Shown here piece after piece: positions 9,902 through 19,381 of a stretch of 64,000 nucleotides of DNA. Position 1 is the first letter of the stretch; the number at the start of each line of letters is the position of its first letter. Location: positions 32,001 to 96,000 of the forward strand of contig JAVRCV020000083.1 in the NCBI GenBank assembly GCA_034530615.2, given 5' to 3'. A program made the translations under genes and the position numbers. Under the pieces are notes generated by a model. That model was given only the letters and a program-made list of their open reading frames with translations, ran no database searches and was not told the origin of the DNA. This stretch comes from Aulosira sp. ZfuVER01 (GTDB taxonomy: Bacteria; Cyanobacteriota; Cyanobacteriia; Cyanobacteriales; Nostocaceae).

Positions 9902-10897
9902 ATGGCTATGGATAGAAAATTCAATGAACCATTGGTCAGTGTAGTTATCCCTACCTATAATCGACCAGAATATCTCAAACAAGCGATCGCCAGTGCGGTT
10001 AAACAGACTTATCAAAATATTGAAATTATTGTTTGTGATAATTGTAGTACGGAAAATCCCCAAGCTATTGTTGAATCTTTTAATGATTCACGTATCCAAT
10101 TCTGGCGACATTCGCAAAATATAGGGATGATTGCGAATCAGATGTATGGCTTTAAGATGGCGCGGGGTAAATACGTTGCTAGCCTGCATGATGATGATAT
10201 ATGGAACGAAGACTTTTTAGCAAAGCTTGTACCACCATTAGAAGAAAATCCAGACTTGATCTTAGCTTTTTGCGACCAATATATCATAGATGCTCAAGGT
10301 AATATTAATTATTCTGGTACAGAAGAGAATACACGCGGTTTCAAGCGTCATCAACTAGTACGAGGAATTTATAAATCTTTCTACAAAATTGGTTTAGTAG
10401 ATAAAAGTATTCCCACCGCCGCAGCTTGTATAATTCGTAATCATCTTGTTGATTGGGATAGTATTCCCTCCGAAGTTGGTGGGATGTGGGATTTATATTT
10501 AACATATATTTGCTGTACATCTGGTTATACCGCTTACTATTCTCCAGAAAGATTGACGTGCTATCGTGCCCATGAGCAAACTGATACCATGCTTAGTGGT
10601 TCTCAAGATGTGCAAGCAAGAATTCGCAAAGCCAAAAGCGAATTATTTTGTTATCAAATCTTGATGAACGATCCCAAACTGCAAGAATTTAAGCCATACT
10701 TGCAAAAGAAATGGTTAGCAGCTAATACAACTCTCGGGATTAGCTTAATCCGAAATAAACAGACAGATGCAGCACGTCCTTATCTTTGGCAAGCACTGAG
10801 CAAACAAAAGTTTGATTTGCGAACAATAATAGCAATTATTCTTAGTTTTATTCCACAGCCTGTGGCTAATCAACTATTAGGATTAATGCCATCATAA
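9902..10897 (+). CDS. Glycosyltransferase family 2
   Basis: LVSVVIPTYNRP, IIVCDNCS and LHDDD motifs. The ATG start is 9902 or 9908. Confidence 0.9.
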   Translation: MAMDRKFNEPLVSVVIPTYNRPEYLKQAIASAVKQTYQNIEIIVCDNCSTENPQAIVESFNDSRIQFWRHSQNIGMIANQMYGFKMARGKYVASLHDDDIWNEDFLAKLVPPLEENPDLILAFCDQYIIDAQGNINYSGTEENTRGFKRHQLVRGIYKSFYKIGLVDKSIPTAAACIIRNHLVDWDSIPSEVGGMWDLYLTYICCTSGYTAYYSPERLTCYRAHEQTDTMLSGSQDVQARIRKAKSELFCYQILMNDPKLQEFKPYLQKKWLAANTTLGISLIRNKQTDAARPYLWQALSKQKFDLRTIIAIILSFIPQPVANQLLGLMPS

Positions 10898-11211
10898 AAT
10901 TAATTGAATTACACAAGCCAGCTATAAAATAATTATAATTTTTTATAAAAATATTAAATAGCTGTCATGGATTGCATACGCCAAAGCGAATTAATATCCT
11001 TATTTTCTTTGTGTCTCTGTGTTTCAAAGTTTTTTACCCCATAGCACAAAGTAATTTCAATCTAGTTATATGAGAAAAAAGCGCAAAAATCTCCAATTAC
11101 ACACCAATAAGCTATCTTTGTTCATCGGTGTTTATCTGTGGGTTCAAATATCTTTATCCTGGATATTTATCAGAAGCCTAATAATTAACTAATTCCTCAA
11201 GGAGGTGGTGT

Positions 11212-12441
11212 GTGAAACTTTGCATTGTTACCCATAAATTAAAAAAAGGTGATGGTCAAGGACGAGTCAACTATGAGGTTGCCAAAGAAATCATTCGTCG
11301 CGGTCATCACCTGACATTATTGGCAAGCCAAGTAGCACCTGAACTATTAGATAATAGCCAAGTTAACTGGATTGAAATTCCAGTACAAAACTTGCCTACA
11401 GAATTTATTCGTAATTTCGTATTTGCTCAAAAAAGCGCAGCTTGGTTACAAAAAAATCGCGCTGATTTTGATTTAGTCAAAGTCAATGGTGCAATTACTA
11501 ACGCATCTGCTGATGTAAATGCTGTACATTTTGTTCACAGTTCTTGGTTGCGATCGCCTGTGCATATTTCTCGCACTCGCCGCGATGCTTACGGTTTGTA
11601 CCAGTGGCTTTACACCGCTTTGAATGCCCACTGGGAAAAACAGGCTTTTCAAAAAGCAAAAGTAGTCGTTGCCGTATCGGAGAAAGTAGCGCAAGAATTA
11701 GTAAATATTGGCGTACCTCGTTCTCAAATTCAGGTAATTGTCAACGGCGTAGACTTAGAAGAATTTACCCCAGGTGTAGGCGATGCCTTTGGCACTGCGC
11801 AAAGCGCAGGACGCTCTTCCTGGAATTTACCAGAAAACGTTCCCCTAGCCCTGTTTGCTGGCGATATCCGCACTACCAGAAAGAATTTAGATACAGTACT
11901 ATACGCCTTAGCAAAAGTTCCCGGTTTACATTTAGCAGTAGTTGGTAACACAGAAGGTAGCCCGTTTCCCCAGCTAGCAGCTTCTCTAGGGATAACTGAG
12001 CGAGTGCATTTTCTAGGCTATCGACGTGATATCGCCGCAATTATGCGGGTTGCAGATTTATTTGTATTTCCTTCCCGTTATGAGGCTTGCACCCTCGTAT
12101 TATTAGAAGCCCTCGCCTCTGGTTTACCTGTCATTACCGCCACTACTACCGGGGGTGCAGAATTGGTGACGCCAGAATGCGGGGTGGTGTTGTCAAATTC
12201 CGATGACATTGATGCTTTAGCCGCAGCGTTGTTGTCTTTAGTGAAGGAACCGCTTTTGATGCAGCAAATGGGTAAAGCAGCTCGTTCTGTTGCCGAACAA
12301 CATAGCTGGAAGACGATGGCACAAACCTATGTGGATCTATTTGAGGAGTTAATCAAGAATGAAGAACACTGTTCTCATCCCCACCTATCGCCGTCCTCTA
12401 GATCTGTCTCGTTGCCTTTTAGCACTACAGGCGCAAACTAA
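11212..12441 (+). CDS. Glycosyltransferase family 4
   Basis: GDGQGRVN and FPSRYEACTLVLLEALASGLPV motifs. AGGAGG ribosome-binding site upstream of the GTG start. Confidence 0.9.
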   Translation: MKLCIVTHKLKKGDGQGRVNYEVAKEIIRRGHHLTLLASQVAPELLDNSQVNWIEIPVQNLPTEFIRNFVFAQKSAAWLQKNRADFDLVKVNGAITNASADVNAVHFVHSSWLRSPVHISRTRRDAYGLYQWLYTALNAHWEKQAFQKAKVVVAVSEKVAQELVNIGVPRSQIQVIVNGVDLEEFTPGVGDAFGTAQSAGRSSWNLPENVPLALFAGDIRTTRKNLDTVLYALAKVPGLHLAVVGNTEGSPFPQLAASLGITERVHFLGYRRDIAAIMRVADLFVFPSRYEACTLVLLEALASGLPVITATTTGGAELVTPECGVVLSNSDDIDALAAALLSLVKEPLLMQQMGKAARSVAEQHSWKTMAQTYVDLFEELIKNEEHCSHPHLSPSSRSVSLPFSTTGAN

Positions 12442-13375
12442 ACCAGTCGATCAAGTCATAGTAGTTGTCCGCGATACAGATACCCAAACTTGGGAATTCC
12501 TTGCCCAATTCCCAGCGCACAGCCTGCCACTGCATACCGTCACAGTCAGCCTTCCGGGAGTAGTCGCGGCCCTCAACGCCGGACTAGCTGCTGTAACGGG
12601 AGACATTGTTTCGATTACAGATGATGATGCAGCGCCCCATCCTGATTGGTTAGAGAAAATCAACGCTCATTTTCTCTCAGATACTTGCATTGGTGGTGTT
12701 GGTGGGCGTGATTGGGTTCATCAAGGGGACAAGCTACTAGATGACTCTCGACAGATAGTTGGGAAATTGCAGTGGTTTGGACGAGTCATTGGCAATCATC
12801 ATCTAGGAGTAGGTGAACCTCGTGAAGTCGATGTTCTCAAAGGCGTGAACATGAGTTTTCGTCAACAAGCAATCGCACAATTGCGTTTTGACGAACGGAT
12901 GCGCGGTACAGGGGCACAAGTCCATTTTGAAATGGCATTTACCCTAGCTTTAAAAGGCGCTGGTTGGAAGCTAATTTACGATCCGCAAGTGGCAGTAGAT
13001 CACTATCCAGCACAACGTTTTGATGAAGACCAACGAAATAATTTTAATGAAATTGCCTTGATTAATTTAGTCCATAATGAAACTTTAGTTTTATTAGAAT
13101 ACTTGCCGCCTCTACGCCGTGCAGTTTTTTTATTATGGGCGATATTAGTAGGAACAAGAGATAGTTTAGGTTTAATTCAATGGCTGAGACTTTTACCTAA
13201 GCAAGGGCAATTAGCCAGTCAGAAGTTGTTAGCTTCTTTGCGTGGGCGTTGGTTAGCATGGCAAACACATAAACAATTCAAAATTCAAAATTCTCTCTTG
13301 GAAAGTTCTGATCGGAGGAAACCTCCGCTCAGACTTTCCGCAAAATTCAAAAGCAAGCCTTTGGGTATTGAATAG
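12359..13375 (+). CDS. Glycosyltransferase family 2
   Basis: VLIPTYRRP, ITDDDA and KGVNMSFR motifs. Overlaps the upstream gene by 83 bp. Confidence 0.88.
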   Translation: MKNTVLIPTYRRPLDLSRCLLALQAQTKPVDQVIVVVRDTDTQTWEFLAQFPAHSLPLHTVTVSLPGVVAALNAGLAAVTGDIVSITDDDAAPHPDWLEKINAHFLSDTCIGGVGGRDWVHQGDKLLDDSRQIVGKLQWFGRVIGNHHLGVGEPREVDVLKGVNMSFRQQAIAQLRFDERMRGTGAQVHFEMAFTLALKGAGWKLIYDPQVAVDHYPAQRFDEDQRNNFNEIALINLVHNETLVLLEYLPPLRRAVFLLWAILVGTRDSLGLIQWLRLLPKQGQLASQKLLASLRGRWLAWQTHKQFKIQNSLLESSDRRKPPLRLSAKFKSKPLGIE

Positions 13376-13509
13376 ATATATTTTCACTACATCTGTGTTT
13401 ATCTGTGGTTACATAATTTTTTCATGTATGCAAGTGTAAATGAATTTCACGCAGAGGCAAAAGAATAATTTTTATAATCCAAAATCCAAAATCTAAAATC
13501 TAAAATTGA

Positions 13510-14940
13510 ATGACTGCCAAACAGATACTCTTCAATAGTGTTTTACAAGAGAATTTCTCTCCCCAGGATCGAGCAGCACAGGCTTGGATAGTAATCTTGG
13601 GTTTCATATTACTAACAGTAGTTAGTTATTTTACTAGTGCAGCTGCAATGTTGCGCCTAGTTTTTCCGGCGACAGCTTTACTAGTAGGTTTATTTCTCTA
13701 TTTGCGCCATCCGATTCTCTACATTGGCTTTACCTGGTGGATTTGGTTTCTTACACCTTTAGTTGCTCGCCTAATAGACTATCGAGTAGGCTGGGACCCC
13801 ACTCGTCAGATACTTATAGCACCCTATTTAGTAGTGTTTGTAACTATAGGAACTTTCTTGCGCTATCTTCCCAGCAGTATCCGCCAAGGAGGTTTACCTT
13901 TTCTTTTAGCTTTTGTTGGAGTGTTCTATGGTTTTCTCGTTGGTCTGATTTATAACGCACCTGTGCCTGTAGCACGCGGTCTTTTAGATTGGCTCAGTCC
14001 GATTATTTTTGCTTTTCATTTATTTACTAATTGGCGAGATTATCCTAGCTATCGCGATCATATTCAGCGCACATTTCTTTGGTGCGTGTTGATTCTTGGA
14101 GCTTATGGTGTATATCAATTTGTAGTAGCTCCAGAGTGGGATAGATACTGGCTAATAGAGTCAAAAATGTTTAGCAGTTCTGGAGATCCTGTACCATTTG
14201 GAATGCGTGTGTGGAGTACGCTGCACTCAGTCGGTCCATTTGGTGCTGTAATGCAAACTGGTTTATTGTTGTTATTTACCAGAAGTGGATTTTCAATTTT
14301 TCCTGCCTCAGCTGTTGGTTATTTATCATTTTTATTAGCACAAGCTCGTACTAATTGGGGTGGTTGGTTATTAGGAGTCATTATAATTTTAGGTTCAGTC
14401 AAAGCCAAAATCCAAATGCGTCTAATTACCATTATTTTAGTGATGGCGCTTTGTGTTGTACCCTTAATAACTATTGAACCAATTTCTAAGGTTGTAGCTA
14501 CTCGTTTTGAAAGTTTTTCTAATCTGGAAAAAGATAGTAGCTTTAAGGATAGATCGGGAAGCTATGATAGAAATCTCAGTATTGCTCTTTCTAATGGACT
14601 AGGTAATGGCTTAGGAAATACTTGGAAGGTGAATGAGAAAACAGGACAAATTGAAGTATTTGTGATTGACAGTGGCGTTTTAGATATGTTTTTCACCTTA
14701 GGATGGTTTGGTGCTATCCCTTATTTAGGTGGTCTGATTCTGTTGATCGTTAATGTTAGTAAATACAGTGAAGGTCGTTTTGATAGTTTTGTCAGCGCTG
14801 CCCGTGCGATTGGAATAAGTTCTTGTTCTCAACTAATTATTGGTAGCGGGATGCTGAGTGTTGCTGGCATGATTCTTTGGGGATTTTTTGCTATGGCGAT
14901 GGCAGCACATAAATATTATCAGCATCAAGGGATTAAGTAG
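13510..14940 (+). CDS. Polytopic membrane protein, O-antigen polymerase/ligase (Wzy-like)
   Basis: Many hydrophobic segments, a late periplasmic loop (SSFKDR...GLGNGLG) and DSG..DMFFTLGWFG. Lies within the polysaccharide cluster. Confidence 0.7.
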   Translation: MTAKQILFNSVLQENFSPQDRAAQAWIVILGFILLTVVSYFTSAAAMLRLVFPATALLVGLFLYLRHPILYIGFTWWIWFLTPLVARLIDYRVGWDPTRQILIAPYLVVFVTIGTFLRYLPSSIRQGGLPFLLAFVGVFYGFLVGLIYNAPVPVARGLLDWLSPIIFAFHLFTNWRDYPSYRDHIQRTFLWCVLILGAYGVYQFVVAPEWDRYWLIESKMFSSSGDPVPFGMRVWSTLHSVGPFGAVMQTGLLLLFTRSGFSIFPASAVGYLSFLLAQARTNWGGWLLGVIIILGSVKAKIQMRLITIILVMALCVVPLITIEPISKVVATRFESFSNLEKDSSFKDRSGSYDRNLSIALSNGLGNGLGNTWKVNEKTGQIEVFVIDSGVLDMFFTLGWFGAIPYLGGLILLIVNVSKYSEGRFDSFVSAARAIGISSCSQLIIGSGMLSVAGMILWGFFAMAMAAHKYYQHQGIK

Positions 14941-15041
14941 AATTCGTAATTAGATTTCTGCCAGAATTTCCCATATTTTCAATGGTGGTTTATTGATGCG
15001 ATCGCTATATTATTTACAGTCATTAAATTAAGGTCAATATT

Positions 15042-16205
15042 ATGAAAGTTATTGCTATTATGCCGCTGGCTGAACAAAGAGGCGGTGGTGAAATGATGTT
15101 TTGGGATTTAATGCAACAGGGACGTGACGCTGGCATTGAATGGTTGGCAATATTTTTAGAAGACGGCCCGATGGTAGAACAGGTAAGGTCACTCGGTATT
15201 GATACAAGAGTGATTGCTAGTGGTCGTCTGCGTGAAGTTCACCGTTGGATTAGTGCAGTTTTTCAGATAGCTTTGATCGCTAGACGCGAACGTGCAGATG
15301 CGATCGCCAATTGGATGTGGATCACACATATATATGGAGGACTGGCCGCGATCGCAGCTGGATTACCTGCTGTGTGGTATCAACTAGAAGTCCCTGATGG
15401 TAAGTCTTGGTTGGTGAGGCTGGCAACTTTATTACCTGCACGTGCGATAGTAACTCTTTCTAAAGATGGTCAAGAGGGACAAGCAAAGCTTTGGCCTCAC
15501 AGACCAACATCTCTGGTATATCCAGGTGTAGCTTTAGACCGCTTCGAGCCGAATGTTCTCCCTTCGCCAATAGAAGCACGGATGAAGCTGGGCTTACCTT
15601 TGCACGGGCCTTTAATTGGGATTGTCGGGCGATTGCAACGATGGAAGGGTATGCATACTTTAGTAGATGCAATGCCACAAATTTTGCAGAGATACCCTGA
15701 TGCTCACTGTGTAGTCGTTGGCGGTAAGCACGATTTAGAACCTGATTATGAGGACTTTGTAAAAGCACAAATAGCAGCTTTGGGGTTGAGTGATCGCGTT
15801 TTCATGGTGGGGTTACAGCGCAATATTCCTGAATGGATGCAGGCGATGGATATCTTTATACACGCTTCTGATAAAGAGCCATTTGGAATTGTGATTATTG
15901 AGGCGATGGCGCTGGGTAAACCTGTAATTGCTGGTGATGCGGGCGGCCCTACAGAAATTATTACAGACGGTGTGAATGGGCTACTAACACCTTATGGTGA
16001 TGCTGATGCATTGGCGATCGCGATTCTTCGCTATCTTGACGATCCAGAATTAGCCCATAGTTTTGGAGTTGCAGCGCGACAACGCGCCCTTGATTTTTCG
16101 ACGCAAAGGTACGCCCACAATTTTATTAATGTAGTTCGTGCTGCTGTATCTGATATGCCCAAAACAGTGATTAACGGTAATACCACTCCGTCAACTTTGA
16201 ATTGA
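15042..16205 (+). CDS. Glycosyltransferase family 4
   Basis: GGGE, VGRLQRWKG and EPFGIVIIEAMALGKPVI motifs. Confidence 0.9.
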   Translation: MKVIAIMPLAEQRGGGEMMFWDLMQQGRDAGIEWLAIFLEDGPMVEQVRSLGIDTRVIASGRLREVHRWISAVFQIALIARRERADAIANWMWITHIYGGLAAIAAGLPAVWYQLEVPDGKSWLVRLATLLPARAIVTLSKDGQEGQAKLWPHRPTSLVYPGVALDRFEPNVLPSPIEARMKLGLPLHGPLIGIVGRLQRWKGMHTLVDAMPQILQRYPDAHCVVVGGKHDLEPDYEDFVKAQIAALGLSDRVFMVGLQRNIPEWMQAMDIFIHASDKEPFGIVIIEAMALGKPVIAGDAGGPTEIITDGVNGLLTPYGDADALAIAILRYLDDPELAHSFGVAARQRALDFSTQRYAHNFINVVRAAVSDMPKTVINGNTTPSTLN

Positions 16206-16417
16206 AGGGCCATAACTCAAATTCAGAGTTTTGCTTCTAATCCTCTAAATATTCGTTGTTTCAGACATGGTATGACAACGAATATTTAAAGGATGCAGAG
16301 AAATAGACTTGTCTGCGGTGATTGGAAAGTTTGCTTCCATGCAAAACGCGATCCAAAACAGTGGTTGGATAGAATTTAATCAAAGTTCTCTGCGTGTCTG
16401 TGCGTGAGTTACTCTCC

Positions 16418-18121
16418 CTAACACGGAGACAAAACCGTTCCCAGTCTTTCACGCCCCAAGCGATCGCTCACCTTCCCCTGACAAACAACCGCAACTCCAT
16501 TAATATAAACCGTTTGCACAATTTCATCGGAACCACGCTTCACCATTCGCGGTTCACCATCCAAAATAGGATCTGATATTTCCACTTGCGGGCTAATTGG
16601 CTGATTTAACGCATTGGGATCGAGTAAAACTATATCTGCTTTCGCACCAACTTTCAGCACTCCTGTATCTAGACGAAACCATTGGGCGGGTTCTCCTGTA
16701 ACACGAGAAATTGCAGCTTCTGGTGAAAGAAAATTCGTTGCAACTGCTTGTTTGAGCAAAGATAAAGCGCCGTCATAGTAGCCAAGGTTACGCACATGAG
16801 CGCCAGCGTCGGTAAATCCAGGGAAGATATAAGGATGTTGCATCATCGCCAAACGGGGTTTTAAGCGATCGTTTGCGCCTGTCGCTACCCAGCGTAAATC
16901 TGTGTCGTAAGTCTGCAACGCTTCTATAAACAAATCTACTGGTTCCTGTTGCTGGCGGCGGGCAATTTCCGCAAAGCTTAACCCTTGCCAACTCGCTTCG
17001 GGACAGTCAACAACTTCCATCAAATCTAAATGACGATGAAATGATTTTCGCCATTTATTGTTCCACTCTTGGCGAAACTGGCGGCGAAAAGCTTCAGATT
17101 GCCACAATTGTTGGCGTTCCTGTCGTGAGTTACAGCCGTTAAGTTGTGCACCTGTGGAGAATTCTTCAAATAAGGGGGTGACAGGGCCATCTGAGTAAAT
17201 TGTGAAAGGTTCGGTTAATGTTTGAAAACGCACATTACCATTAAGAATGCGATTCCAGATGAACAGGATAGGGGAAAATATTCGCCATAGTTTGCGATCG
17301 TGGACAGCATCTAAAGCTGAGAGGACAGTTAGCCGCAGTGGTTTGCCAATCCCCGATCCCATCCGCAGAATGTCTACAAAGGAAGTTAGCTTTTGTAAAT
17401 TAGGAGTGACTTGAAAAACGCGATCGCGTTGTCGGCAAAGTTTGGCTAGCATCGCATATTCTTTAAACTTGGCGTGTTGTGAAGGAATTGTGTAACCTTG
17501 CCATTTGCCACTCATCCGATGCCAAGGAAACATATCAATAGAAACGCCCACAAATCCTGCATCTAAAGCATCTGCCGTAATTCGTTGCATCACTTTTAGC
17601 TCAAATTTGCTGGGTTGAACGGTTAAACTGCGTTCCAATCCCATCACATAAGCGCGTAAAGCACTATGTCCAAACAAAGGTGCAACATTCGGGCCAAGCG
17701 GTAACTGTTGCAAATGCTGTAAATATTCTGCTGGTGTCTGCCAAGAAAGCGATTTTTTCAACCATTTTGCAATTAGTCGATGGGAAAGCGTCTCCACTCT
17801 TTGAAAAATATCTGCCAGCATTTGGGCTTCACCGATCGCGATCGACAAACTACAATTGCCAATGACAACGCTAGTTACACCATGACGCACTGATTCACTT
17901 AGTCCTGGTGCAATCTCTAACTCTAAATCGTAGTGAGTGTGAATATCGATGAATCCTGGTGTCACCCACAACCCAGAAGCATCAACCGCTTCACGGGCTT
18001 CAACGGGTAAGGAAGGAGCAATTTCTACAATCTTGCCATTTTTAATCCCAACATCCCCACGAACAGGTGCAGATCCTAAACCATCGAATATTAACCCGTT
18101 TTGAATCAGCAAATCCAACAT
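16418..18121 (-). CDS. N-acyl-D-amino-acid deacylase family amidohydrolase
   Basis: NGLIFDGLG, PGFIDIHTHYD, GVTSVVIGNC, TDAGAH and GAKADIVLLD motifs. Confidence 0.88.
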   Translation of the reverse strand: MLDLLIQNGLIFDGLGSAPVRGDVGIKNGKIVEIAPSLPVEAREAVDASGLWVTPGFIDIHTHYDLELEIAPGLSESVRHGVTSVVIGNCSLSIAIGEAQMLADIFQRVETLSHRLIAKWLKKSLSWQTPAEYLQHLQQLPLGPNVAPLFGHSALRAYVMGLERSLTVQPSKFELKVMQRITADALDAGFVGVSIDMFPWHRMSGKWQGYTIPSQHAKFKEYAMLAKLCRQRDRVFQVTPNLQKLTSFVDILRMGSGIGKPLRLTVLSALDAVHDRKLWRIFSPILFIWNRILNGNVRFQTLTEPFTIYSDGPVTPLFEEFSTGAQLNGCNSRQERQQLWQSEAFRRQFRQEWNNKWRKSFHRHLDLMEVVDCPEASWQGLSFAEIARRQQQEPVDLFIEALQTYDTDLRWVATGANDRLKPRLAMMQHPYIFPGFTDAGAHVRNLGYYDGALSLLKQAVATNFLSPEAAISRVTGEPAQWFRLDTGVLKVGAKADIVLLDPNALNQPISPQVEISDPILDGEPRMVKRGSDEIVQTVYINGVAVVCQGKVSDRLGRERLGTVLSPC

Positions 18122-18190
18122 GATTTTTTGTTGCCCTTTGGTTGTTATTGGATCTGTTTAGGGTCATTATAGGCTGGGAATTTATGGGAA

Positions 18191-18424
18191 ATGGCGATCG
18201 CCTGCTATGTTAATACATCGGTCTGTTATGTTAATACATCGCGCTGTTATGCCAATACGCTGGGCTGTTATGCCAATACATCAGTCTGTTATGTTAATAC
18301 ATCGCGCTGTTATGCCAATACATCAGTCTGTTATGTTAATACATCGCGCTGTTATGCCAATACGCCAGGCTGTTATATTAATACGTCAGTCTGTTATGCT
18401 ATTGCATCGACCTGCAAAAGTTAA
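18191..18424 (+). CDS. Possible 77-aa Cys/Tyr heptad-repeat peptide
   Basis: The ATG-started ORF spans the whole array: MAIA-(CY[VAI]NT[SLP][VRG])n-CKS. Expression is unproven. Confidence 0.3.
   Translation: MAIACYVNTSVCYVNTSRCYANTLGCYANTSVCYVNTSRCYANTSVCYVNTSRCYANTPGCYINTSVCYAIASTCKS
18202..18411 (+). repeat. Tandem array of ten 21-bp units (CTGTTATGYYAATACRTCRSK-like)
   Basis: Units start at 18202 with period 21; the tenth starts at 18391. The array has no unique spacers. Confidence 0.95.
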
Positions 18425-18438
18425 TCTATTGTTTTTTT

Positions 18439-18550
18439 GGCGTTGCATAATTGCGGGATGATTTTAGAATTTGCATCAAAAATAATCACCGCGTCACCGC
18501 GTCTTTTTGTCTCCGCGTCAGCCTCATTCATCCCCTTATTCAGCAATGCC
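18439..18550. mobile_element. 112-bp MITE, GGC...GCC ends with an 8-bp target duplication (IS1595-like ends)
   Basis: ggcgttgcataattgcgggatga / tcatccccttattcagcaatgcc is an imperfect inverted repeat. GTTTTTTT occurs at 18431-18438 and 18551-18558. Confidence 0.75.
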
Positions 18551-18645
18551 GTTTTTTTTAACTTTGCCTAGCGTAATTGAGGGCAGAGATTGGGAGCGAT
18601 CGCCTGCGATTAATCTAATGATAAGCTTTGGTTAACGAGTAATTA

Positions 18646-18797
18646 TACCAATTTGAAACAAGAATGCGACAGATACACAGCCCCAAACTATTGTCCTGTC
18701 TGGATTCTTAATTTTGAATTTTGCGGAAAGTTGCGTGCGGGGGTTCCCCCCGTTGAGCAAACTTTTCAAGACGAATTTTGAATTTTTGAATTTGAAT
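18646..18797. mobile_element. Reverse copy of the TACCAATT MITE with one decayed end and an internal hairpin repeat
   Basis: agatacacagccccaaactattgtcctgtctggattcttaattttgaattttg closely matches the reverse complement of the core of 1158-1243. It contains ggaaagttgcgtgcgggggttccccccgttgagcaaacttttc. Confidence 0.75.
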
Positions 18798-18835
18798 AGG
18801 CTTCCTTAGCACTATGAACCAAAGCACATAGTTAA

Positions 18836-19234
18836 TCAACGATAACGAAATTTCCACATTCCTAGAGCAAAAACAATTCCTAAAAGCGTACCAATCCCCA
18901 CAGCCATCGGAGCAAATAACAGAAAAGATAAATCGGCTTGACTGCCGGTAGGATAATGGCCAAACAAAACGACACTTTTAAATCCAATACCTGCGCCAAC
19001 AATGGAGCCAAGCACTACCCACACTATCACATCTTGCGATCGCACTCTGGCGGCGATCGCCAGCCCCAGCGAGGTAATGATAAATCCTGACATAGCTCCA
19101 ATTGCAGCCCCATAACCCACAATCGAGAGAACCCAGGTATACTTGACAATCATCGCCCCCAATCCAGCGATTAATGCTCCAAAGCCTAGCCAGAGCAATA
19201 TTCCTAGCATGAACCAGAAAAGTTTTGTCTGCAT
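18836..19234 (-). CDS. Hypothetical Gly-rich membrane protein (about 4 TM)
   Basis: 132-aa ATG ORF made of hydrophobic GxxxG-rich helices. Confidence 0.7.
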   Translation of the reverse strand: MQTKLFWFMLGILLWLGFGALIAGLGAMIVKYTWVLSIVGYGAAIGAMSGFIITSLGLAIAARVRSQDVIVWVVLGSIVGAGIGFKSVVLFGHYPTGSQADLSFLLFAPMAVGIGTLLGIVFALGMWKFRYR

Positions 19235-19269
19235 GGTACGTCACCCTAAATCTTGAGTCTGCTAACCAA

Positions 19270-19371
19270 CAACATAGATTCGGTTAAGGGGAAGGTGAAG
19301 AGGGAAAGAAAACCTTTAATCTTTTCCCCAAACCAACTTCTGAGTTCAAAATGCTTAACCGAGTAGTATTG
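19270..19371. repeat. MITE-like inverted-repeat element
   Basis: caacatagattcggttaag ... cttaaccgagtagtattg. Confidence 0.55.
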
Positions 19372-19381
19372 GAAATGTAGG

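Noticed and set aside
18202..18411. CRISPR array
   Set aside because: The units are contiguous 21-mers with no unique spacers, and there are no cas genes in the window.
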